The position numbers were made by a program, and so were the translations under genes. The notes beneath the pieces were generated by a model. The model saw nothing but the letters and a program-made list of their open reading frames with translations. It was not told where the DNA came from and did not search any database. From NCBI GenBank assembly GCA_002633005.1, contig NMRA01000299.1, positions 1-64,000 of the forward strand: a DNA stretch of 64,000 nucleotides, read 5' to 3'. How positions within the stretch are numbered: the first letter of the stretch is position 1; the number at the start of each line of letters is the position of its first letter. Shown piece after piece: positions 43,401-55,400 of this stretch. Source of the DNA: Phoronis australis. Its lineage: Eukaryota > Animalia > Phoronida.

Positions 43401-46400
43401 AAATTAAAAATCATGACCTGTGGGGATGGACAACCAAAACAATGAGAAGCTGACCTTTCCCCCTCCTCTCTTGCCTACCCATCTAATATGATATCTAGTC
43501 AAAATGTAAGATGATACCTGAGAGAGAAAGCACTCACCTAAATTGAAAGTGTTTGCCTACTACCCCACCTATGGGAAAGAAATCCCGATTTGGCAGGATG
43601 TCTGTTCTAACCCCTTCACTGCTGTGAAAGAACCCTGGGTGTCGCTTATTATCTCAACATGTTCTTGTCCGATTTCATATTTTGCTCTCATTTTTGTCTC
43701 TGCGTTTTACTCTGAAGAACAATTCTATTAATTTTACGATTGCTAGATTTAAGTTTTTGCTCCTGCATTTGATTTTTTCCAGTAAATGGATTTATGTCAT
43801 AAATCAAATAAATTCCAACATTTTGGGTGGAAGCGTACATGTAGTGTGTAAAACGAGCTGTGTGGTCAAGGTCTTTGCTGATGTTACATTTGTGGACATT
43901 TATAGGAAAGGCAGGCAATACACTGAGACCTGCTAACCTCAAACAAAAAATAAAGTAGTTCTGTGTTAAGTGAGAATTGCACATTATTTTTGCATGTGTG
44001 GGCTTATGAAGGAGCAGTTGTATTTCTGCTATCTAATAGAGCTTCTTTTGAATGTTATGTTCGCTAGTTGTTGCTCCTGGTACTTATCTGTCGGGAGTTG
44101 TGATATTGCAGGATTTTGAGTTAAGAGTGAACAAGGAGATAAGGATTGTTGTATTTTTGCCTGTATGCTAAAATCTCACCAATTTAGGAAACACAGTTGC
44201 AGACTGGTTAAAGTTTTACTGTAAGGAATGACCAGTCTAACATGGTTGTGTACATGTCATTGTCAGGTGTGCGATGTCCAGGCATCAGCCCAGTACAGAA
44301 TGGCCTTATTGCTGATGAAGGTCACTTTTACCAGGACACGCTAAATTACACATGCATGCCTGGCTACGAGCTGACCAATAATGTGACATCATTCACACGA
44401 ATTTGTCAGGCCAACAAAACTTGGTCTGGAAAGGCACCCAAGTGTAGACGTAAGTATTCTATGCTTAATGAAAGTGCATGCTTTTCTGCCAGACAAGGCT
44501 AAGTTCATTACGGGCAGGCTCTGGTGAGAATGATGGGGCTCATTATCTCCTTTTTATCTCAAGCAATCTAATTCAGCAAGGCCTTGTCACATAAAGTGAC
44601 ATGTCTTGAGATCTGATTTATAATATTAAGTACCCTAAATTAAACCAAAACTAATTTTTTTGATACAGCATGTTTAGTTGCTTTAAAAAGTGCCATGTTT
44701 TGCTGTATGAAAATCAAAAACTGTCTCCTTCAAGCTGTAATCATGCTGTGAATAGTGCACTTCCAAGGAAGTAACGCATTTATAAAGATGTGCGTGAATT
44801 TTCACCGTTCATCTTTCTGAGTGGCTTTTACCAGGATCAGAGAGAGCGCGGCTCTAGAGTCAGATAGAGTTGTGATGACTGCATTCTTCAGTGCGAGCAA
44901 GATCTAATTACGTGTAATTACCGGACCATAAACTGTAGTAAACATCTCTGCCTGTGCAAAATGGCGAAATTTCAAAATGCATAAACCAAAAATTTTTGTT
45001 AAAAACAAACATGGCTGTTTTCAGGTGGTAAATATGACCATGTATGGTTTTTGATTTTTAAAAATCGATGAACAAGTAAGCTAAAAACTACAACTACAAA
45101 CATTGGGTAAGATTGAAGATTATTCTTTCAATATTCTTTCAATCTCGTTTAGCCAGTTTTTTTACTAGGAAACAGTTGTTCTTAACTGTCTTGTGCCCAC
45201 TCTTCATTTTTATGACTGACAAAAAGCTAGATTAGTTCTGTAGTCAGTGCAACCGAAATTGTCCAGAAATTCCAAATGTTCAGTTTGGCTATCACGATAT
45301 TTGCACTTTCGGATATTTTTATGATTTGAGTTCTAATAGAGATTAAACTTGAACTAATGACACGTGTAGTTTTGTTTGCTGTGAAATATTTAGTTTAAGC
45401 TGTAATATGGAAAGTTGAGGGATGGGCTCACAGTTGCTTAAACTACCGTAATCGTTCGGGTTAATGCCCATGCTCAGTTAACCGCCCATCCCCGACTTTA
45501 AGTGGATTTTCGATTTAACCGCCCACTGCTCGGTTAAGCGCCCCCCTGCGATTTTTGAAGATTTCCAGTTAAGCGCCCACCACTCGGTTAAGCGCCCATC
45601 CCCGACTTTTAAAGAATGAAGATTTAGCGCCTAGTGCTAAGGAAACGCGCGATTCCCCGACTTTTAGAAAAAGATCGATGATCACAATGAGTGCAACGAC
45701 GCCGGGACTCCCGAGACGGTGGTTTAGCAATCTGAATTACAATACAGGTAACGAGTTATTGTCTTGGGTCATGAACTCACTTCAAAATATAATANNNNNN
45801 NNNNNNNNNNNNNNNNNNNNNNNNNNNNNNNNNNNNNNNNNNNNNNNNNNNNNNNNNNNNNNNNNNNNNNNNNNNNNNNNNNNNNNNNNNNNNNNNNNNN
45901 NNNNNNNNNNNNNNNNNNNNNNNNNNNNNNNNNNNNNNNNNNNNNNNNNNNNNNNNNNNNNNNNNNNNNNNNNNNNNNNNNNNNNNNNNNNNNNNNNNNN
46001 NNNNNNNNNNNNNNNNNNNNNNNNNNNNNNNNNNNNNNNNNNNNNNNNNNNNNNNNNNNNNNNNNNNNNNNNNNNNNNNNNNNNNNNNNNNNNNNNNNNN
46101 NNNNNNNNNNNNNNNNNNNNNNNNNNNNNNNNNNNNNNNNNNNNNNNNNNNNNNNNNNNNNNNNNNNNNNNNNNNNNNNNNNNNNNNNNNNNNNNNNNNN
46201 NNNNNNNNNNNNNNNNNNNNNNNNNNNNNNNNNNNNNNNNNNNNNNNNNNNNNNNNNNNNNNNNNNNNNNNNNNNNNNNNNNNNNNNNNNNNNNNNNNNN
46301 NNNNNNNNNNNNNNNNNNNNNNNNNNNNNNNNNNNNNNNNNNNNNNNNNNNNNNNNNNNNNNNNNNNNNNNNNNNNNNNNNNNNNNNNNNNNNNNNNNNN

Positions 46401-49400
46401 NNNNNNNNNNNNNNNNNNNNNNNNNNNNNNNNNNNNNNNNNNNNNNNNAAGTTTGGTAAGGTGATCGTTTAGAATAATGAATTGAAACATTGCTGTTTTC
46501 TGACATTTTGTAACATATTTATGCAGTTGCTTGAAATTTTATTCTTGATCGACGACTGGCTCGACCACCCCCGATCCTTGTCTTACTTCTTTGCATAGCA
46601 TGTTTGGCACAACGGCAAGAGAGCAATGACGGGCTGTCGAGATAAGACAGCTAGCCGCAGAACCATACGCTGAAAATGTCATTGAGTCACGGAGTGTCGA
46701 CTATAACATCCCAAACACAAAAAAACACAGTTAAGTTTTTCAAACTTTTATTACAACCAATTTTAAAACTGCTCTCTTGAGTCAGAACTTGACAGCTACA
46801 TATAGTACGAGACTGTAACCATAAATTTGATGTCTGACCTCTGCACCACGTGAAGCTTGCACGCGCGCACTTAAGCAGGGTCACATCATGAAACAGTTTT
46901 TATTCTAGTGGAGGCTGCGAGGTCACTGGTCGTCTGCGCACCGCAGGGCACGGGGCTATTACTCGGCAATTTTGTAAATTTAATAGACTAATCTGAGGGC
47001 AAGAGAGCCTTTGTTGGGATCTTCCGCTGTTTTGATGTTTTCACAGTCATTTGGCGACGTGACGATAAAGCTCTTTGAAAAGGGCTACGCGTTCCGAGTA
47101 TGATTGTCGTGTCGGGATTTAGATCGCCAGGTAAGATTAACCTCCCAGGGCGGTTGTCTGTCGTAATAAGCACCCATGTTCAGTTAACCGCCCATCCCCT
47201 ACTTTAGGTGCATTTTCGATTTAACCGCCCACTTAGCAGCTCGGTTAACCGCCCTCCCCCGATTTTTTGGATTCGCCAATTTAACCGCCCAGGGCGTTAA
47301 CTCGAACGATTACGGTAAGTTCGCTGGTGATCAAAATTTACCACAGACTGTTTCAGTACTTCAAGTTTAATATAAAGATATCAAGCAACCCCAGTGCAAA
47401 CTGACTGTTTTTTTGTTTGTTTGTTTGTATTTTCATTCATATTCTAGCATGTGCATTTATCTGAAACTGATTTATATTTCATTTGTGTAATGGAGATGTA
47501 TCTTTTGTATTTCCATGCCAAGGTGTGAACTGTGGCTCACCTGTAATATACAACCACACCTACATTGAGGGCAGCTCTTTCTTGTTTGGTGATGTCATTA
47601 CGTACAGGTGTTACTACCCATATATCATGCTGAACATTGACCAGTGGATAACTCACAACTGCTCGGAGAATGCTACGTGGCTCGGTGATGTGCCAGTGTG
47701 CAATTGTAAGTCATAGAAATTAGCAGGCAACAGATATAAAATATAAATTGTAATATTTGTAATATGCTACTCTTTGTCAAGGTTGTGGCAGTCATAGTGT
47801 TAACCAATCTTAAAACCTGATTAAAAATGAAAACCAAATTAGGTCTTATACTATCATGAAATCTGTCTCTTAAAACTCCTTACGGGTGATGGGATTCCAT
47901 TTCAGTCTGTTATCAAATCAAGTCAAAAGCAACGCGTACATGGGCTATTTTCAATTTGGCAATTCTAAGGTTAGCCCATCCCCAAGGCCCAATTCGATTT
48001 GTGTCTGTTAGCCAGCTAAACAGTGCTATGTGTAGCTTCTTCAACAACTGCTTTTTGTTATAAATATTATTAGAAAACAAACCAGTCTTTGTCTGCACTT
48101 AATGAAATTCATGGTTATTTAGTTATAAGTTACTGTCAGTAAAGGGATAATGATCTCGCATTCTTTAGTATACGTATGAAATTCATTTCATTTGGCAGAC
48201 TATAAGTTAGTTTTGCATATCAGAAGTCAAATCTGCAGTTTTCATTATATTGTAATGAATAGCACCTCAATCCATTGGCTTGCTTTATGGCAATGCATTA
48301 GAGCACTTTTTGAAACATGGATATCAGATGGAAATTAATATACTTGACTTGTTCGGTTTTCTGCTCCTGGTACCTTATGTTAGAGGATACCTTTTTTGCA
48401 ATATATCTGTTTACTTTAATTGAAATGGTTGAATGGTATGGCTTTATGCTAGTATTACAAATAAATGTTTTTTCAGTGGGAGGCTGTGGGGACCCTGGAA
48501 GAGCCCTTTACTCCACACGACATGTGGTTAACTTCAACACGCTGCAGAATGTCACATACACATGCCGTCGAGGTTATGAATGGAATGGTGTCGGCAACCT
48601 ACATAGACAGTGTTTGAAAAGTGGTTGGACAGGCAGCCTGCCCATCTGCGAGAGTAAGTGTTTTCAAAGTAATGCATGACTTCTTTTATGCACCCACATA
48701 TTTATATGTTGGTGCATATTGCCGTCATCTCCGTCTGGGCATCCGGCGTCCACAGCTGTGTCTCGTAAACCCCTCGCAGGATCTTGATGAAATTTGGCTG
48801 ATTGGTTCCTATTAAACTGATGACAAACGACAAATATCATACAGATCTGACTTCCAGACATGTGCCCCCTTGTGGCAGTTTTATTTTTTTATGTTTGCCT
48901 CTGCATCTTCAAAGTTCCTCAACTGATTTTTGTGAAATTTGGCACATAAGCATCTATTAGTGAGATGACACTAACCGTCTGTTTTTGGACGGACTCAATG
49001 TATTTTGTGCCACCTAGTGGCCGTTTTTACTGTTTTCGAGTCTGTTTTTTGCGTCCACCCCTCTATGAACCAAACCACTTAAGGATGATTGGGAAAATTG
49101 GCATGTATGCTCTTACTATGAATAAGAAGACTGATGATGATTTTTCGATGACGCGAGTTACTGTGACACCTCCTAGTGGCAGTTTTTTGCACCCATGACT
49201 ATCTCCTATACACTCTGCAGGATCTTTACTAAATTTAGCAAGTGTATTTGTATGAAGTTGATAACAGACGACGACAACTTTCGGACAGATCTGTATACAG
49301 GTGTGTCCCCTAGTGGCAATTTTTATTTTTTTGTGTTTACCTCAGTCTGTATCTTCAAAGGTCCTCAACGGATTTTCATAAAATTTTGAATATAGGCCTG

Positions 49401-52400
49401 TATTAGTGAGATGACGCTCCTCCCATTTTTGGAAGGATTCAATGTATTTTACGCCACCTATTGGCTATTTTTGATGTTTTCGAATCTGTTTTTTGGCGTT
49501 CGCCCCTCTATCAACCAAACCATTCAAAAGACGATTGTGAAAATTGGCATTTTTATATATGTTCTCAGTCTGAAGAGAACGGTTGACGATGACGACTTCG
49601 ACTACTGCTGTGCCTCCTAGTGGCAGTTTTTTTTGGCGCCCTTAGCTACATGTCCTAAGCCCACTGTAGGATCTTTATTAAATTTAGCAAGTGTATTCAT
49701 GAAGTTGAGGACAGAAAATGACAACTTTGAGACGTATCCGATAAACGCTGTGTCCCCTATTGGCAATTTCATTTTTTTCGGTTTTTCTTTGTTTCTCTGA
49801 AGTTTCTTGACAGATTTTTATGAAAATTAATAAATAGCTTTCTATCTAAGAAATGATGGCATGTTCCTGTTTTGGGATGGATTTGATCTATTTAGTGCAA
49901 TGTATTGGCCATTCTTGTGGTACAAATAAACATCCTTAGGAGGACACCATTTGCTGTGCATTCGTGGGCGCATTTCAATGCTCCGCTTTGCTCTTGTTTC
50001 TGTTACATATGTGGTAAAATCTCTCCAAATTCGGACACAACATGGCAGACTAGAGAAATTTTTATTTTCTCATGTTTTCATAAATGATGTTTTTATCAAA
50101 TTAATGCTTTACCATGTTCAAGTTCTGTATTACAGCTGTCATCAGAAAGTAAGTTAAAAAACTGTGGGTATTCTCCACAACTGTTAGAAGAGCTTGAAAA
50201 TTGTAAAACAGTTAATTTTGGCAATTATTTTTGTCCGTAATTGGTGAGATTTTACTGTGTATAACTTTTTGCATTGCTGTTGTCTTGCATGTATTACAAG
50301 CTGTTGACTGTGGATGATGACAACTGTGACCCAACAATGAAGGTGTTTGAATGTGGCACGTTGTCATAACTTTAAAGATGCTTCCGTAACAACATTTAGA
50401 AGGTTTATGTATTGTACTCATCTGAGCTAATGCCCATGCTGCTTGAATGGGGTAATTGATAAAACAAGGGTCCTAAAGTTCTTGTGAGAGGAGTACTGAC
50501 AAGAACCCAGGGACTTTAAGGGAAGTTTCCGTATGATAAACTCGTGGGTTTTAAGCCGAGCATTCGAGTTTTTAATTTGAAAGTGAAAATTTTGAAATTT
50601 TGAGGGTGAGCATTAACCCAGACAGCTACTGTCCAACCCGAATCTATTAGTTAGAGCAGGCCATTGAATGTATTAGAAACTTGGTCCATTTCTTGGCACC
50701 TTGTTCTTTGCTAATATATTTGTACTAGTTCTGTTGTCGTCAAGATGCCTCTTTTCATCTAAGGCCCTATTGTGTAGAGTACAGCAATTGATCTATCGCC
50801 TGGATTTTGAGTGATGGTTTAACTTACCAATCAGAACGCAGCATTCTTGACACACTTTCGTTTCCAAGTCACCCGACAAATTACATGATATCAGGCAAAA
50901 GTTATTGTGCGCTTGTCGACTTTTTGCAATTGGGTGGAGCTTGCTATAGGTCAATTATGGCATTCTCTAAAACACTGACTAAAATAAAATGATATATTGT
51001 GGACTAAAATTTGTGATTTTAACTGTTTGGCTTCTGAAATTGAATTCCTCGTAAAAAGTTAAGAATCATTTTCAACAGTACTAAAGAAATACAATAAAAA
51101 TTAGCCAAATTAGATGCGCTAGGTTTCGTTTCTTTGGTACCCATTGATGAATGTTTTTAGTAACTTTGAGCTGTGGTTGATAATTGGCTTGTGAGTCATA
51201 CATGGTACAGGACAATAAAGCATTCGATTTTGCTCAACGATGAACAAGACTGAAATGTCTGTACTTAAGCCTCAGTTTAGAAACCGTTGTCGTAACGTGT
51301 TGAAACCAAAATGGAGGTTTTAAAATGGTACTTTGTTATCTTCAATTTCACTTCCAGACAATTAAGCTACTGATCTCGTTTAGTTTTGCTTGATGCTTAG
51401 TGTTTATTATGTGTAGCTGTATACCTTTCTTTTTTACTGCATTTGTTGATTTGTAGAAGCCCATAGTGATTATATTGCAGAAATATTGAATACGGCTGCA
51501 ATCGATGGTCATTGTATTTAGTCATGCATTTGGAGTTTGAGGACGAGCAGCATAGTATCTCGTTAAAAAATTCTATTTCGTTCAGGAAAGTGCTGTGGCG
51601 AACCAGACCCAGTACCGTTAAGCAAACGCTATGGTAGCAGCTTCTGCTACCAAGATTTGCTTGTCTACGCATGCAATTTGGAGTACGAACTCTCTGCTGG
51701 GGACAGTCGGCGTATTTGTTCTGAGAATAGGACATGGACAGGCTCTGCTCCAGTCTGTGACAGTAAGTGATTTAATCTGCAAGATGGTGATGAGGAAGTT
51801 ATTGATCAAGCTGCTATTGTGGTAGCAGGCTGTGATACTAATAGTGAGTGACATGGTGAGTGACATGTATTTTATAAAGCTGAGCAGTGTCAATCAACTT
51901 TTGGTTAATTTCCAAATACTTGTCATTTGTCCCGCTTTTGAACATCGCCTGTAAACAATACCAGGATCAAATGCAAAAGAACTTTGCAGTGTTTTGGGCT
52001 TGATCAAGACAGCTTAACTGGTTCCTCCTTGTCCATTTTTCAGCAGTCAGCTGCTGATGAAATAAATCTCTATTCATGAAGTCGTGATTGAGATTAATTG
52101 GCTTCACTCATGTATATGTGATCAGGTGATTAGGATTTAGCACAGGACATTTTGTTTGCTGATAAAAGCTTTACAATAATTTTGGTGTAATGTTTAAAAA
52201 ATCAGTGAAAAACAGTTTTTGTAAAACTTACCGAGTTTTTGAATTTTTCAAGTCGGCTCAGTAAAAGTCACTTTGCATTCAGTAGAAAACTTTTGTTCGA
52301 TACTCATGATCAATACAAATCTATGAAACAATAGGATGAGGGTGCAGACAGTGTTATGGAATAACTCCACAGATCACTCAGAGTGAGATGCCATAGTTTC

Positions 52401-55400
52401 CATCGAAGGATATGATCTTGTCATGATGTATCATTTAAACAGTATTTACTAAATATTACTTATTTTTTCACGCAGTCCTGTTTTTGATGATTTTTTTTTC
52501 TGGTTTTTTCCTAATTTTTTGCTTAGATGTAAAATACTACCTATTATGTGTGTCTTCAGTAACTGCATCACCGTTTAGTGTGTATTCCTGATTCGCTAGC
52601 TCATTATTTAAACATGGATTTGTTGCTGCGTAAAAATTCCATCTTGAATTTGAAATATAGCATTTTACTTCTGGAGAATAGGTTCGTCATTGGTCTCTAG
52701 AGGCATTGTAGATGTAAAAAAGTCACTTACTTAGAGACGTGGTTGGTTGTTAGCAGACATTTCGACCTGGTCCGCCAGGTCTTTGTCGATGAATGAGGGA
52801 TTTCCCACCTCGTTAAGAATGCTGGAATACACGGGGGGTAAGTGGAGTCCTCTGTCCCAGTTCAGGAGGGGGCCCTGACTGTTGATGTTTATGGCTTCTT
52901 TGAGATTACGAGTATGCCAATTTTGTTCTTTGGCTAGGATCCTACATAACGATAAATCATCGTGACAGACCGTCCGGAGTTGGTATATGGCGCAAGTCTG
53001 GACGGTCTGGGGTCAACAAAAAACACAGTTCAATTGTGCGTGTACACCAATGTGATAAAAGAGAGTAGTTCTACTTGCTGTGTCAGTTGCAGATATGCTT
53101 ATCTCTTTTATGACACACAATGTGAGACCAGGCAAAGTGTATTCAAAATAACGTGGATAAATCAATGGAGTGTGAGACCCCTAAGGTCCCTGTCAAGTCC
53201 TCGCGACAATTCTACGTTATGTAGATGACGCTAGAGAGGTGGTGTGCCCAGTCGCCAAAATATGTTCCGCCACAGCTGTTGGTCTAGTTTCAGATGTTCT
53301 TTGAATCTGGTAAGGAACGGTCTCTTGGTTTCTCCAATGTAGGTGTGGTTGGGATCCTGGTCACATTTCAGCTGGTATATGACCCCACATTGTTTAGCCA
53401 TCGGGGTTGGGTCTTTGGGTCTGACTAGTAGGGAACGGAGGGTGTTGATAGGTTTCATGTAACAGGAAATTCCGTGGTTCTGTAGGTGTGTTGTAGGTGT
53501 TCAGATACTCCTCTTATGTATGGGATGGCAGCGGAGGGACCATCGAGTTTTTCAGTAGATTTACGACTAGGGGGGTCAGAAAACATCCATTCCTGGTATC
53601 CGTTAACTCGCAAAGCATCTTCAACGTGGTCCATCTCTTCGACATAGTCACGGTAGTCAGTGATGTAACGATCAGCTCTATCCAGGAGGGTACGGGCGAC
53701 AGAATGTTTGTGCTTTAAGGGGTGGTTGGAAGAAAACTGGAGGTATTGGTCCCTATGTGTTGGTTTCCTGTAGATCTTGATTTTGATGGAGCCAATATCG
53801 ACCACATGTATGCATAGATCCAAGAACGGTAAGATTCTGTTGATTTCTGTCTCCATGGTTAATAGAATGCAGTTGTCAATACTGTTGATGTGACCTGTGA
53901 AGGTGAAGATGTCACTTTCCGGGAGCATGACAAAAGTGTCATCCACATATCTGAGCCAGATGGGTGAGGGTCTGGGTGTCGACGCCAAAGCAGTCTGTTC
54001 AAACTCTTCCATGTATGTTTTGGCTATGATGGGAGACACAGGGGATCCCATAGCAAGTCCATGGCATTGCTGGTAGAAACTGTTGTTGCATGAGAAATAT
54101 GCAAGTTCATTTTATTTTCATGTTGCATGGTAAAAAATATTGCTTGTGGATCATTTGTTTTTCATTTTTTTTTTCAAAAGACCACCAAAGAGCTATTGGT
54201 GGTCCCACACTGAAAAGGTTTTCAGCAAACACTCTCCGCAACCTTGCTGCAAACTTAAGGAAAGCTTAGTGCAAAATTTTTTGCAGACCAGCTGTAAACA
54301 CGTAAAATAATTGCATTGTAACCATTAGAAAGTTAAAAAAACTTTGAAATTGGTTGTTTTAATTCTTAGGAATCAGTTGTGGAAAGCCAGAAAACACTGA
54401 CATCGCCGTGCAAATAACCGGATCTTCTTACAAAGTGGGAGATGTTGTGCACTATGCCTGTAAAGCTGGCTACTTCTACATTGGAGGATCCTACAATCGG
54501 ACATGTCGCATGGATAAAAAATGGAGTGATGCACCCATGAGATGTAAACGTAAGTGGATTGTCAGAGGAGGCAGTGTGGCCTGGTTGATAAGTGCCCGGT
54601 TTCTTTACTCGAGGTCGTGGGTTCGAATCCCACCAGGTCACACTGCTAAATCCTTGGGCCAGGTTTCTAGCTGACCTCAGCTCAGTTTTAACCATATATT
54701 AATAAAGCATAAAATATTTCCAGGTGATCAGTGCAATGGGCCCACATGCGAGGCCTGCACATGTCTGATACGTGTATCAGACTGCCTGCAATTATTTTTT
54801 TTTGAAGTGGATTTTCTGTGTTTTATCAGTTGCTTGACAATTATCCGTGAATACTAGAATAGAATATGAACTGTCTTATGAGTGCTGACAGTCACGTCTG
54901 ATGAAACGCCCTTAAAGAGTTCCCACCATGCATTTTCTTAGTTTTTGAGGTTTCAGTTAGCGAACTTTCTTCACAACTCCTGTTTGGCACTCAGTCTGGT
55001 AAAAACAACAGTGGCAGAGACGGTCTTCCATCTGCTACGTACAACTCCGATAACAGAAAAATATTTTTAAAGAAATTTTTGGCTTGTTCCTTAGCAACAG
55101 GTATATTAAAAGCTATTAAATCTATTAATAAAATTCTTTTTGAGGCACAGGGTCATGGTGGGAATTCTTTAATTTCAAGAGCAATTTTATCTTTACAGGC
55201 ATCAGGATAGACATCTCAGTGAAATTTTTAGTTTGTGAGAAAGCCATCATTATATTAAACAAATAACATAATTTTATATGAAGATAACAACAGACGACGA
55301 CTTTCAGGCGGATCCAACGGACACTGTGCCCACCAGTGGGAATTTCATTTTATTCTGTTTCCTTTGTTTCTCTGAAGTTCCTTGACAGATTTTTATGAAA

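Noticed and set aside
45678-46506. Long ORFs of 231-264 aa on both strands
   Set aside because: Artefacts of the N gap. The gap lies inside a TIR element homologous to 55562-57935, so it is unlikely to hide a host exon.
54566-54640. tRNA gene
   Set aside because: A and B boxes are present but there is no acceptor stem pairing. It continues into SINE-like body sequence.
54895-54910. ctgatgaaacg as a hammerhead core
   Set aside because: No stem II between CUGAUGA and GAAA, and no flanking stems.
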